Assembly (NCBI GenBank): GCA_021613535.1
Contig: CP075497.1
Location: 1,488,001-1,552,000, forward strand
From: Adineta vaga
Lineage: Eukaryota > Animalia > Rotifera
Direction of reading: 5' to 3'
Length of the DNA stretch: 64,000 nucleotides
Position 1 is the first letter of the stretch. Every line of letters begins with the position of its first letter. Both the position numbers and the translations under genes were made by a program. The notes under the pieces are model-generated. The model worked only from the letters and a program-made list of their open reading frames with translations. It was not told the origin of the DNA and ran no database searches. Shown here in pieces: positions 13,701 through 25,950 of this stretch.

Positions 13701-13791
13701 CGCGTGTTTGCCATACATTATCGATTATTTTTGATGATTCACTCGTTATTGTTGTTGAAGTTGAATTCGTTGATTCTTTACTTTCATTCAT
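10723..13791 (-). pseudogene. CBP/p300-like acetyltransferase copy (KIX, bromodomain, RING/PHD, HAT, partial ZZ, TAZ2) with two in-frame nonsense codons
   Basis: KIX: RNHLIQK, YARRIE. Bromodomain: WLMFNNAWLYNKKT. HAT: FFGMHVQEY, YHEILIGYLDY, HLEFSSLRRAK. TAZ2: CNICKQ, CQVPFC. TAA at 13498-13500 (Gln position) and TGA at 12290-12292 (Arg position). Confidence 0.9.
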
Positions 13792-14744
13792 TGTAAATGA
13801 TGAAAACTAAATGAGAATATATGAATTAAAGTTTAGAAAATTTATTTTATAATGAATGAACGAGAATAAATAATAGTGTTAATAGAACAAAGTACTTATG
13901 CAGTGGATCTTTAAGGAAACGAATAGATGTGAGTAATAAATATCTATACCTTTTGTGTTATTAGAAAGTAAAATTAATGTTCTTTTACAGTTGATTATAA
14001 AATCGATACGAATACATTTGCTACTTATCATATGGTATTTAACTGATGATAATGCTTCTTTTTATAGTAGAAAGTGACTTAGTCGTTTCTTCCTATTTTG
14101 GAAATTTCCAACAGAAATAGAAAAAGAAAAGAACATTTGATTTGTTCTCTTTTCATGCACAAAACAACGTACAGGTAATATTTTAATATCAAATTAACGT
14201 AATAAATAAAAATATGTTTTAGTCAACAATTCAAGACCTACCAATATGTAAGAGTATATTTCGACTCTTTTTTCGATTTTCATTATCAAAAAATAGTTGT
14301 AATTACGTAATAGTACGATGATACCTCTCAAACACGTGGGTATGCGAGATAAAACGAATGAAAACTAAATGAAGCATGACACGACAATATACATATAATT
14401 TTCTTTTTTGATGGCAAAATTATTTCGCCATAAACCGCCATTCAATAAGAGGATGATTGAGGATAAAAGTTCTTTTTATTAATTCGCAAGCACAGAATCC
14501 GAACTCAAGCTCAGGCTTGGAACAGTACATATTTATCTCTGATCAAAGTAGAGTAGACATGTATTGTAGTGAAATCCCCAACATCATCATATGTTTGAAA
14601 CATACATTTTAGAACAGGAATTAAAAATTGAGGTGTGAGGTGAGGACGATGGCGAAAATCAAAAGCACATTGTATTCAGTTTTTGTGAGAATTTACAGTT
14701 CTTTCGTGTGTTTAATTATCTCATTATGAACTATACTAATAAGT

Positions 14745-15038
14745 TCATTCAAATAGTCTTCTGATGTATAATTCTCTTGCATGACGAACTATTGTTTGTA
14801 ATTGTTGAGCTTTTTCATTATGCGATGTGGTTGGATCGAGTATTTGTTGAATATATTGATTAATTTCATCAGCTAATACAAGACGTTGATGACCATTTGA
14901 CTTCGTATTTGGAATAACTCGACCTGTACCAAATTCATATTCTATTCGATGTCCATTGAAAAATTGATCACCAAACATCGGTAAGACTAGCATAGGCTTT
15001 CCAGCAGACATACTCACGAGCACACTATTCAATTTCAT
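14745..15038 (-). pseudogene. C-terminal fragment of a UDP-glycosyltransferase (GT1)
   Basis: NSVLVSMSAGKPMLVLPMFGDQFFNG is the second half of the UGT signature; the preceding HxG residues and the N-terminal domain are missing. Confidence 0.75.
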
Positions 15039-15172
15039 GTGTTCTCTTTTGCTTTTGAGAATATCTGATACACCAACAATTGTCCATACATAAAATTTAT
15101 CTCGTAGATCACAATAAAATGAACCAGCTTTATTTTCTTTAATTCGATTAATTTTCTTGTGAAGATCTTAAA

Positions 15173-16121
15173 CCCTTTGGTTACGGTTTTTTTTTGCAAA
15201 TGCATCTTTTATTTTTCGTTCAGAAATAGTTTATAATGAGTTCCAGTAGTATAAAAAAATACTCAAAAGTGTTTTAAAGTATGATAATCTCCAAAACAAT
15301 CTATCACACCAAGTCCAACATCACAGATATCACATTGATAACGTGTTTTTTTACGCTTCTTCTCACGTCTACTTGTACGACTGCAAACTATACAATCCGT
15401 TCGTGGACATTTCTGTGTTGTTGTTGCTGAGACAAGTGATGGGAAATGGCGTCCAGTAAGACGTACCGGATTATCACTAGTAATAGGACGACCGCCTATA
15501 GGTTTCAGTTGAGAATACCTTTCGATCATTTGTCGTATAAGTTCGCATCGAAAATCTCCAAAATGAATAGACTTTTTATGCTTCATTTTGAATAACATAT
15601 ATGCGTTGAATGTTGATAAGTCAAGCAGATGAAAGAAGAACTTTTTATACCATTTAATAGTTTTTCATAAGCATTCTACGAAACTAATTTGTATGTCAGT
15701 TTTATCAACTGACCCCATGTTTTTGTTGTAATGTACGATACATTCCGGTTTCTCAACTATTTTTTGTGTCTTCCAATCACTTTTTCGTGTTTCTATCATC
15801 CTCGGCTTGTGAATTGTACATAGCATAAAGACTTCTCGTTTATCTTGCCACTTCAAAACCATTAGATTATTGCTGTTAATATAGTCAAAATCACCTTTTG
15901 TGAGCTTGTCAAGTTTGACTGAACCAATACGGTTTCGGCGTACAGTACCATATGCACCGGTCTTGAGTTCATATAATTATTCAAATAAACGTGACGTGAT
16001 ACTTTTGTTAGAATAAGAGGAACAAATAGTAGTTCTTTTGATAAAGTCTAAATGACATTGTATTAAAGATAATACCTACAAAAGTTCAATGCCCATATAT
16101 GGGCCTCCCGTAACCAAAGGG
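15173..16121 (-). mobile_element. Internally deleted (non-autonomous) piggyBac transposon, 949 bp
   Basis: Perfect 14-bp TIRs CCCTTTGGTTACGG (15173-15186 and 16108-16121); TTAA on the right and TTAAA on the left; transposase 3' half (GTVRRNR, WQDKREV, YNKNMGSVDKTD, KWYKK, C-terminal Cys-rich domain) with an in-frame TGA at 15665-15667. Confidence 0.95.
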
Positions 16122-16600
16122 TTAAGGATAGATGTATTTGAAATAAAAATTGAATTACATCGAACTAATAGAATAAAATTAGTTTATGAGGATGTGGAGC
16201 GTGGTGGGTATGAAAAGAAGAGACTATCGATATCTACCACCAAAGATTTCATTTTATGATTGAACTTTTGTTAAATATCACGTGCCAATATATCCTTTAT
16301 TAAAATGAACTCATTTGTCAATCTCAAAAATTACTAATGAAAAATACGTATCTTGAGAGTATACTGACACTCATAGTCATACACAGCAGACGAAACTCTA
16401 TCTCGACACATACATTAACGCCATCTTTCTGCATATACTACCTATTCGCTTTTGTTGATATCGTCAGACTTCGTTATCTTTTTTTCAATAACAAAAATAC
16501 AATACTTTCAGTTTCAGTAAAGTAAATTTCTTTTCATAACAAACAAAATATATTCAATAGCTTGCATTCTCAACAAACTTTTGTGGAACTTGAAGCGAAT

Positions 16601-19600
16601 ATGTACACATTTTCAACATTACCGATCGAACTCGTCTATCGGATTTTGGATCATCTGACTGATTTTACACTATTTTGTTCAATGCAAAATATTTCCCAAC
16701 GTTTTAATCAAATTCTTAACGTTTATCATCGCTATCAAGTAAGTCTTCTAAGTGCTTTAACTATTTTCTTGTCTGTTCAAGCACACATGAGCCTCACAAT
16801 ATCTAACATGATGAGTTATCAGTGTGAAGCTAGCACCATGAAACTAAGACTTTTGTGAAAATGAATTCCCGTCGATAAAAATGAGTCTATTCGACGCAGA
16901 ATTTGATTCTACATCGAATGGCGCTACTTTCATTCACGGGAAAACGAATGGAAACATTTTATTCGAAATTTTCTTTTATATATACAAGTATGAGAGGAAA
17001 ATAAAAAATCGAGGTAAGCTTCGTCCTGATCGTTTTCCCGTGAATGAAAGTAGCGCCATTCGATGTAGAATCAAATTCTGCGTCGAATAGACTCATTTTT
17101 ATCGACGGGAATTCATTTTCACAAAAGTCTTAGTTTCATAGTGCTAGCTTCGCGGTGCTAGCTTCACACTGATTGATGAGTTTACTCAAAGAAAAAACAA
17201 ATTTCACAATTCTGAAGCAATACCCGCGAGTGACTCAACCACAACAATGACTCATGTCATTAAAAATAATCTTTCCTTCCATCTGTTCTTTTCTATCCAT
17301 GGATATACAATATACATCTTATTCAACCTGCACTCATGTCCCGAATAAGCATAAAACCGTATACTTATAAAACACCTTTCCCATTTCAAATACATGTCTC
17401 CATTGCAACTCCTAGAAAATGCAACAACTAACTGTGAAACCCATCGCATGAAATCAAGTGAACTTTTTTATGTTGTACCACGGCTGAATATTATCTTTCC
17501 CAAACCAACTGTAAAAATAACAATCCCAAACCATTCGAAATAACCGAGTATCATTACCTTCACTACAGTACTCACCCTACTCATCCTACGGTTCGAACAT
17601 CAACTCAGTAATAATCAGTCAAGCAATGACTTTATTTTTCACCTAATGACCCAAATCAAGCACTTACTGAACTCTCTCAAACATCACCAACAAAACCCTT
17701 CTATAATGCATTATCTAGTTGAAAAACGTTAATCTAAAGTTTCGACTGCTATTCGTACATTTTCGAAATAGATATTTTTACACATAGATACTTAACACAC
17801 TAGACCTCGCGAACAATCATATCGACGACCAAAGAGCACAACAAATTGGTGCTGCGTTGCGAACAAACATAGTAATATTCATTCCCACTTCACCTGATCC
17901 GAAGCCATCACTCTCTCTCGTCTATAGACACTGACCGCACTAAACCTCAACAATAATGAAATCGGTGATCAAGGAGGACACCATATTGCCGATGCCTTAC
18001 GAACAAACACAGTAATACACATTCGCCTTTTACCCAATTGACTAATCCATACTATCTCTCTCTCCTATACAGACACTCACCACACTAAATCTCGCGCGCA
18101 ATCAAATCGGGGAACAAGGAGCACAATATATAGGTAATGCTTTGCGTACAAACACGGTAATATTCATTCGCTCTTCACATAATTGATAGATTCATGCTCT
18201 CTTCTCTACAGACACTCACCACACTAGATCTCGCGCGCAATGAAATCGGGGAACAGGGAGCACAGCATATTAGGGATGTCTTGCGTACAAACACGGTAAT
18301 ATTCATTCGCTCATCACATGATTGAGAGATTCATGCTCTCTTCTCTACAGACACTCACCACACTAAATCTCGCGCGCAATGAAATCGGGGAACAAGGAGC
18401 ACAGCATATTAGGGATGCCTTGTGTACAAATACGGTAATACTCATTCGCTCATCACATACTTGATAGATTCATGCTCTCTTCTCTACAGACACTCACCAC
18501 ACTAGATCTCGGGTACAATGAAATCGGGGAACAGGGAGCACAGCATATTAGGGATGCCTTGTGTACAAATACGGTAATACTCATTCGCTCATCACATACT
18601 TGATAGATTCATGCTCTCTTCTCTACAGACACTCACCACACTAGATCTCGCGCGCAATGAAATCGGGGAACAAGGAGCACAGCATATTAGGGATGCCTTG
18701 TGTACAAATACGGTAATACTCATTCGCTCATCACATACTTGATAGATTCATGCTCTCTTCTCTACAGACACTCACGGCACTTAATCTCGCGTTCAATCGA
18801 ATCGGGGAACAGGGAGCACAACATATTAGGGATGTCTTGCGTACAAACACGGTAATATTCATTCGCTCATCACATGATTGAGAGATTCATGCTCTCTTCT
18901 CTACAGACACTCACCACACTAAATCTCGCGCGCAATCAAATCGGGGAACAAGGAGCACAGCATATTAGGGATGCCTTGTGTACAAATACGGTAATACTCA
19001 TTCGCTCATCACATACTTGATAGATTCATGCTCTCTTCTCTACAGACACTCACCACACTAGATCTCGCGCGCAATCAAATCGGGGAACAAGGAGCACAAT
19101 ATATAGGTAATGCTTTGCGTACAAACACGGTAATATTCATTCGCTCTTCACATAATTGATAGATTCATGCTCTCTTCTCTACAGACACTCACCACACTCA
19201 ATCTCGCGTACAATGAAATCGGTGAACAAGGAGCACAGCATATTAGGGATGTCTTGCGTACAAACACGGTAATATTCATTCGCTCATCACATGATTGAGA
19301 GATTCATGCTCTCTTCTCTACAGACACTCACCACACTAAATCTCGCGCGCAATGAAATCGGGGAACAAGGAGCACAGCATATTAGGGATGCCTTGTGTAC
19401 AAATACGGTAATACTCATTCGCTCATCACATACTTGATAGATTCATGCTCTCTTCTCTACAGACACTCACCACACTAGATCTCGGGTACAATGAAATCGG
19501 GGAACAGGGAGCACAGCATATTAGGGATGCCTTGTGTACAAATACGGTAATACTCATTCGCTCATCACATACTTGATAGATTCATGCTCTCTTCTCTACA

Positions 19601-20119
19601 GACACTCACCACACTAGATCTCGCGCGCAATGAAATCGGGGAACAAGGAGCACAGCATATTAGGGATGCCTTGTGTACAAATACGGTAATACTCATTCGC
19701 TCATCACATACTTGATAGATTCATGCTCTCTTCTCTACAGACACTCACGGCACTTAATCTCGCGTTCAATCGAATCGGGGAACAGGGAGCACAACATATG
19801 GGTGGTGTCTTGCGAACAAATACGGTAATTTTCATTCGCTCTTCATCTAACTGACACATTCATGCTTTCTCTTTCGTCTGTAGACGCTAACCACATTAGA
19901 TCTCCAGGGCAATCTAATCAAGGAACAGGGAGCCCAACATATCGGCGATGCTTTGCGTACAAACACGGTAATATTCATTCGCTCTTCACCTAACTCATAT
20001 ATTCATGCTCTCTCTTTCGTCTATAGACACTAACCACACTAGATCTCGCGTTCAATCGAATCGGGAAAGAAGGAACAGAATACCTGCGATATATTTTAGG
20101 AAACAGGTTGACTTTGTAG
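16601..20119 (+). CDS. F-box + 17 RNI/NLR-type 28-aa leucine-rich repeats (~524 aa, 18 exons), intact after splicing
   Basis: Exon 1 (16601-16738) encodes an F-box (TLPIELVYRILDHL). Sixteen 84-nt phase-0 exons start at 17788, 17928, 18073, 18212, 18351, 18490, 18629, 18768, 18907, 19046, 19185, 19324, 19463, 19602, 19741 and 19884. The terminal exon 20027-20119 ends in TAG. Consensus TLTTLxLxxNxIGEQGAQHIxDALxTNT. Confidence 0.9.
16818..17173. mobile_element. Mutator-like MITE/foldback (356 bp) in intron 1 of the F-box-LRR gene
   Basis: Near-perfect ~130-bp TIRs (ATCAGTGTGAAGCTAGCAC... at 16818-16947 and 17030-17173); 9-bp TSD TGATGAGTT at 16809-16817 and 17174-17182. Confidence 0.9.
18073..19824 (+). 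repeat. 139-bp tandem array (84-nt exon + 55-nt intron), 13 near-identical units with a 973-bp higher-order duplication
   Basis: Exon starts are spaced exactly 139 bp apart; LRR units 5-8 recur as units 12-15. Confidence 0.95.
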
Positions 20120-22547
20120 TTTTGGTGGAAGGAACATTGTTTTGTTGTATTTTTTTGGAGAATTTTTTTTAAAGCAAAGTAGTGGGTAGAAAAATGAATG
20201 CGCATTGTGATTTGAAGTCGTATTAATCGGATGATAGCGTGTTTTGTTTTAATCTCATGTGTTCGGTGTGTGAGAGATAGCTTTTCATCTAAGGTATTGA
20301 TTTGTGTATGTCTGAGAAAAGCGAACGCCCGTGCTGAAAATGTACTATAATTTATCAGTTATGCGAGAATTTTGATGGGGATCAGATCATATCTTCTGAA
20401 ACTGTCTACTCTCAGGAGAATGTCTTATCAAAATTTTGAACAATGCAAAAAGTATGACGAAGAAGGATAACCGTTGACGCATCATATAAGACTTTTAATG
20501 AGTCTGCTGCAATCATTCCCATCGCTGATCTTTGGGAAACGGCTGGAAAAGTGTTTATTAAACATTATGTTGTGATTGAAATCGTAACACAATATACTTT
20601 CGAGCTTTATTTTGAATATTTCTCGTAATAGAGTTGAGTTTAATATCTGAGTGCTTTGCAAATTTTTACTGTATTTGGAACGCTAGAGAGTTGGGGTTGA
20701 CGGCAAGATAAAGTGGATGACGAGTTTTACAACTTCATTTAGTTGCTTCTTGGATGTGACGTTGGATGTTTAATGATAGAAAGATGTTTTGTATTTGTAC
20801 ATCTTTCAACATAAAAGAAAAACTTTCTAGAGAAAAGTTTCCATCTCAGGCTCAACTAAGAAATGCAGCGAGATGCATCTGTAAACACAAAGAGTGTTTC
20901 ATGTTTACATAGTGACACGTACTTATATCCCATTTCTATTTTCTCATTGACATTCAGAGAATTACAAAAGTATCATTGATTTGTGAGTGGCGAAGTCGTT
21001 CTATCTCGAGTGCTTACCATATTTCTTTTTGAATATATTCATCATCGGTGTCGATGAAACCGACTATACTAGATCTATTGAAGTTTTTCATGCTGCGTGC
21101 ATTCAAACAACTACATACGATAATGAACATTTAGTTGTTGAATGTACATCCAAAATAGTTTCTTTATCTAATACGACGATTTTGTTTATTTGTGAAATTG
21201 ATGTGAACTGCCTTTCGAAATCCATCGATGGTCATGAACATTCATCTAAAATATACCATCGACGAATATATTATGACATTTTTTTCATTGAACCAATGAC
21301 ATATTTATCACTGACTTTTTGACTATGAATATATTGATGAAGTATATAATTGTATATTAAATGGAAATCTTCTGTCATATAATATTGGTATTTTGAGAAA
21401 GATAGGATTATATCTGACATGAATTAACAAATAATATTTAACATTAATCGAAAAGAGATGACAAAATTAATGATAAACTTTGTCTGGTTTGATGCAATCA
21501 ATTTTGATCGAAATGTTCGAAATATATTTGTAGAGAATATCGAATTCATATAATAGTCACCTATAACCTTTGAACAATTTCACAGCATCCAAACAATGAG
21601 AATTCAAATGAGTGTTGGATCATAACCAAGATAAAAATGAAGACATTTCCAAGCGTCATTCGAAAGACGATCTTGTAAATTTTAAAATAATTGATTGTAA
21701 ACGAATATTATCCATTATCATACTTAGATAAATAACTAATGAATCCATACAAAAAATTCAATGAATTCGTTTTTGTTTATTTTTTGATGCTTGATGTTTC
21801 CAGATAAAAACTTCCATATATAGACTTAAGAAAAGAGAACAAAATTAAAAACTAACGTTTCATACATCTCATCTATATTTCCACTCATTTGCTCTTATTC
21901 ATAGACATAAGCAGTAATTTATTAGAGTAACTCTATCTTCATTTAATTATCATAAATGTTCTAATCTTTTTTGATCATTGACTTTGAAGGTAATATTTGT
22001 TTAAAGCTTCATGTGATATATTCTTCTCATTGTCATCTTTCAATAGATTCCTATTATTTTATTATTCTATAGAACAATGTTGTCTATTCATTTATGTAAA
22101 TCAAGGTTTACAATTGAAGACCTTCAGGAAGATTTGACTGTTTCTTTTAGAAACCTACTTACTTTTTAGTTGATATCGTATTTTACGTTAATATTACGAG
22201 AAACTATGTTTTATTTTAGATTTTATCAACATTAGAAATTTATTGTGGAACACTTTCATATTGTTATTTCCCTTTTACACTATTTGAGATCAATTGCCTC
22301 TATTTTCTGAGATATACTTACTAAACTTACTTTAAAAAACTAGCTGTTCGCAAATGATCTTGATCATATTTTACCTTTAGAACAATTAAAAACTTTAATA
22401 ATCCAATTTCATGATTTTTCTTTTATAAATACGATTGAACTATTATCTATGTGTGATATACTATATAATTAAGAAATCTAAGTTTATTTCGATTTTCATA
22501 TGATATTATCGAAAACGATTGAATTTCAGTTTTACAATGTGAACATT

Positions 22548-24372
22548 TTATTTTTGAAGAATAAATTGATCAGCAACACTATCATCATCATTATGATAAT
22601 AATTAAAATGTAAATATGTTTGATTAGCAAATATCGTTGTATACCCAAATTGTTGATCGTGATATAAACTCCATTCAGCACCTGAATATCTTCCATCATC
22701 AAGATCTTGTCCAGCCATTCCAATTAAAACTTGAATTATTCCATCATCAATACATTTTGATTGAAACATAGGACATGATCTTTCGTATGAATGACGATGA
22801 GCATAAAGATTAATATCGACATGATATTGATAAAATAATGGTTCTAAATATAATCGAAGCATTAATTTAATTAAATCAGTTGGAGATTCGGATTCGGATG
22901 TGTAAAAGTGGCGATGTGAACCAACAATTAACCATGGTGTCCGAGAACGATTTACTGAACGAAGATCTTGTTCAATCCATTGATATTGATGTGATGTTCG
23001 ACGGAAATCATGTTCTGTTGAATAATAAATAATATGAATTGGACCAACATCAAAACTATACCAAAAGAGACCATTGCCATTCGATGGAGAATGAAAACGA
23101 TGAACCATTGGAACAGCACATTCACCACCTGAATCTTCTCCATAATTACCCCTAAAAATAAATACATTTTATTTCAATGAATCAATCAATAAATGAATGA
23201 AATACCATTTAGGTCGAAATCCTCCTGGACCAGATGCACCACTTGGATCTTTATCACCACCAGTTTCATGATCATATTCATGATTACCAATTCCAACCAT
23301 ATATGGCACATGTGCTGCTATGGGTTGTATTTGTGTCATAAATGCATCCCATAAAGCACCAATACCACGTGCATAACTAATATCACCAATATGAAGCAAA
23401 CAAGTAATATTTGTTGATTGAATTCGTGATGTAACTCGATCAATGGTTAATTTTACACCACGTTCAACTGGTGAGACACCCATATCACCATATGCAATCA
23501 AATAAACAGATTCATCTTTGTTTGCAGGACGATTTTGAAATGAATAAATTTGTGACCAACCATGTTGATCTGTTCCCACACGATAATAATATTTTGTTGA
23601 TGGGCGAAGATTATTTAAAAGAATTGTATGCATATATCCTGGATGAATAAATGTTTGTGGTCCCCAGATGTTAGCTTTTCCTTCACACATATCTGATGCA
23701 GTATATGTTGTTGTTGTTCCACTTTGTTGAAAATTTAATGATGAAGGATCTGATCCATATTGACATTGTGGAAGATATTCAGATGAATTTGTTAAATATG
23801 AAACATAAATTTGATCAATGTGATCACCATAAGCTAAATGAATATGTGTTGGTTCATTGTAATTCAATGGTTGAATCGTTGAAGATTTGGCAATCAATGA
23901 ATAATTACCGAAACAATTTCGATCACGAGAATAATAACGAAATTGAAGTGGACGACGTAAGTTGGTCATTTGCCATGAAGTTTGACTTTGACCAGATTTG
24001 ATAAATTCATAATCAAAATAACCACAAGCTAAAAATAACAATAGCTATTTATAATTGAAATTTATAAATCAATTTACCTTTTGAAAGATCAATTTCATTA
24101 AAATAAATTCCAATAAAATCATCAATACATGAACTTGTCAATGGTGTCCAGCTAATATTGATTACTTCATTACTGATATAACTTGTAGTTGATACATTTA
24201 TATTTGTTACGGCAATAGATTTTGAAGAAATGCCTGTGCCACGATTGCATGCATATGGACTTGGCTCATCACCTATAGCATGACGTTTACCAAAGGGTCC
24301 ATTCGCATTTAAATGTCGATCACCTACAACCAGAATAATAACCAACGAAAAAAGAACGATGAAGTATTTCAT
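22548..24372 (-). CDS. Secreted purple acid phosphatase (large type with an N-terminal Fn3-like domain), 3 exons
   Basis: Signal peptide; motifs YGDMG, GDISYARG, GNHE, GSHR, AHRHSYERSCP; introns at ~24030-24077 and ~23153-23207. Confidence 0.9.
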
Positions 24373-24699
24373 CTAGAAACAAAATGAATTGAAACTATAA
24401 CATAATATTTCAAACTTGTAATGATAACATATCTTTCTTTGTGTTATCTTTTCGAATAAAATATTGATAATGATACGAAGACGACGAAGCTATTATAGAG
24501 AATTAAAAATGAACGAACTTTTCAAAGTGCACGGGCACACACGCATCCTTCTTTAATCTATCTAAGATCGAATGAGAAATAAGATTTGCAATTTCTAATA
24601 CTTGGTAATACAGATTTCTATTCACATAACATTATAATAAAATGAATATGACAACAAGGAAAAATAATGAGAAATATCTTCGAAACAAACTGTGGAATG

Positions 24700-25950
24700 T
24701 TCAATAATTAATCTTTTCACTTTAGCACAGCTAAGTCGGGTTTCATATTTACAAAGACTATATCAAGTGAAATAAGATGAGGATATCCAACGATAAAGTA
24801 TCATTCTTCATCCTTTGAATAATATTCGTGATGTACAGAAAATGGCGAATGAATATTACAAATGCATAAGCTTTGAACAGATGAAAAAACTTGTGTGAGT
24901 CAACTAAAAAATTCATATTTGAATGATTTTCCATCGAATAATTTCAAAAGAATCACCGAGTCACATATCATAGTTGGAAGATTATCTGTAATGTTTTTTT
25001 TAAACGAGTAAATTGGAATGGAATTAAGAAAGCATGACATATCATCATTGAACCAATATAATGTAACATAGAAGTCATTTGTCGTTGTTCTCTATTTGTG
25101 AAAGTTCATTGAACATCTGTATTGGATAAACGAATGGAAGGATAAGGATTGTTAGTTTGAGAGGCAAAAAAAGAATTTAAATATATGAACGTGACACATA
25201 TAATTTAGAATTTCATTAGCGAGATATTGACCAGAAGTGAACAAAGATCTATTCAACATATAAATATATAGAGTTAATTTTTCCAGATATAACGTTCGAC
25301 GAAGAAGAGGTAGAACTAAATTGTCAAAGCTAATCGTATAATTATACAATATCAATGAAAAACTTTGTAAATTTAGTAGATCATCCTAGAAATAGAAAGA
25401 AATATTTTTTAGTATTGGAATCGTATTCAATATGTTCTTTATTAATTTGTCTAACATACAAACGATCTTGTGCATACTTCGTCAGAAATCTCGAATATGA
25501 TAACAAAATAAAATTTTCTCTCACACCTTTCAAATCATTCAATTAAATTCATCTTATAGATCTAAGAATTGACCCAAGAAAATATATTTCTAACTAACTA
25601 CATTCCATAAACAAGGTAAATATTAATTTAAAAAACGAATAAAGATACGAAATATAAACTCACCATGTTATAAGTAATTGATATTCTATCAGAAATATAA
25701 TTAACTTGAACATTCAAAGTAATTAATTGTTTGTTTATAAATATCTTACGAGTGAAGTATTTTAATAAATTTTTAGTAATATACAATGATAGAATCTATT
25801 CAAGATTGATGAAGTCTCATCTATTGACTGAGAATTCTAGTAAACATTTCTTTTTGTGTTATAAGTTTAAATCGATGGTTGTTAATATCAAGATTTTTTC
25901 GAGTGACAAATAATATTTCATTTGTTTTGTCTTTATCTAACCTGAACAGA
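24700..25950 (-). pseudogene. Degenerate F-box/LRR-like family member (same family as 3400-4691)
   Basis: FDNLVLPLLRRTLYLEKLTLYI fragment with many frame disruptions; boundaries approximate. Confidence 0.5.

Noticed and set aside
16881-17090. ORF of 69 aa, and the 3' part of ORF 16562-16858
   Set aside because: They lie in the MITE inverted repeats or intron 1; only the F-box part of 16562-16858 is coding.
18073-19824. CRISPR-like or non-coding satellite array
   Set aside because: Units have GT-AG boundaries and splice to in-frame LRRs; there are no unique spacers or cas genes, and the DNA is eukaryotic.
20900-21720. Coding-like sequence here and at 6950-7450, 26000-26300, 52700-53330 and 58339-58612
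   Set aside because: Probably decayed gene fragments, but frames are broken and no family could be assigned reliably.
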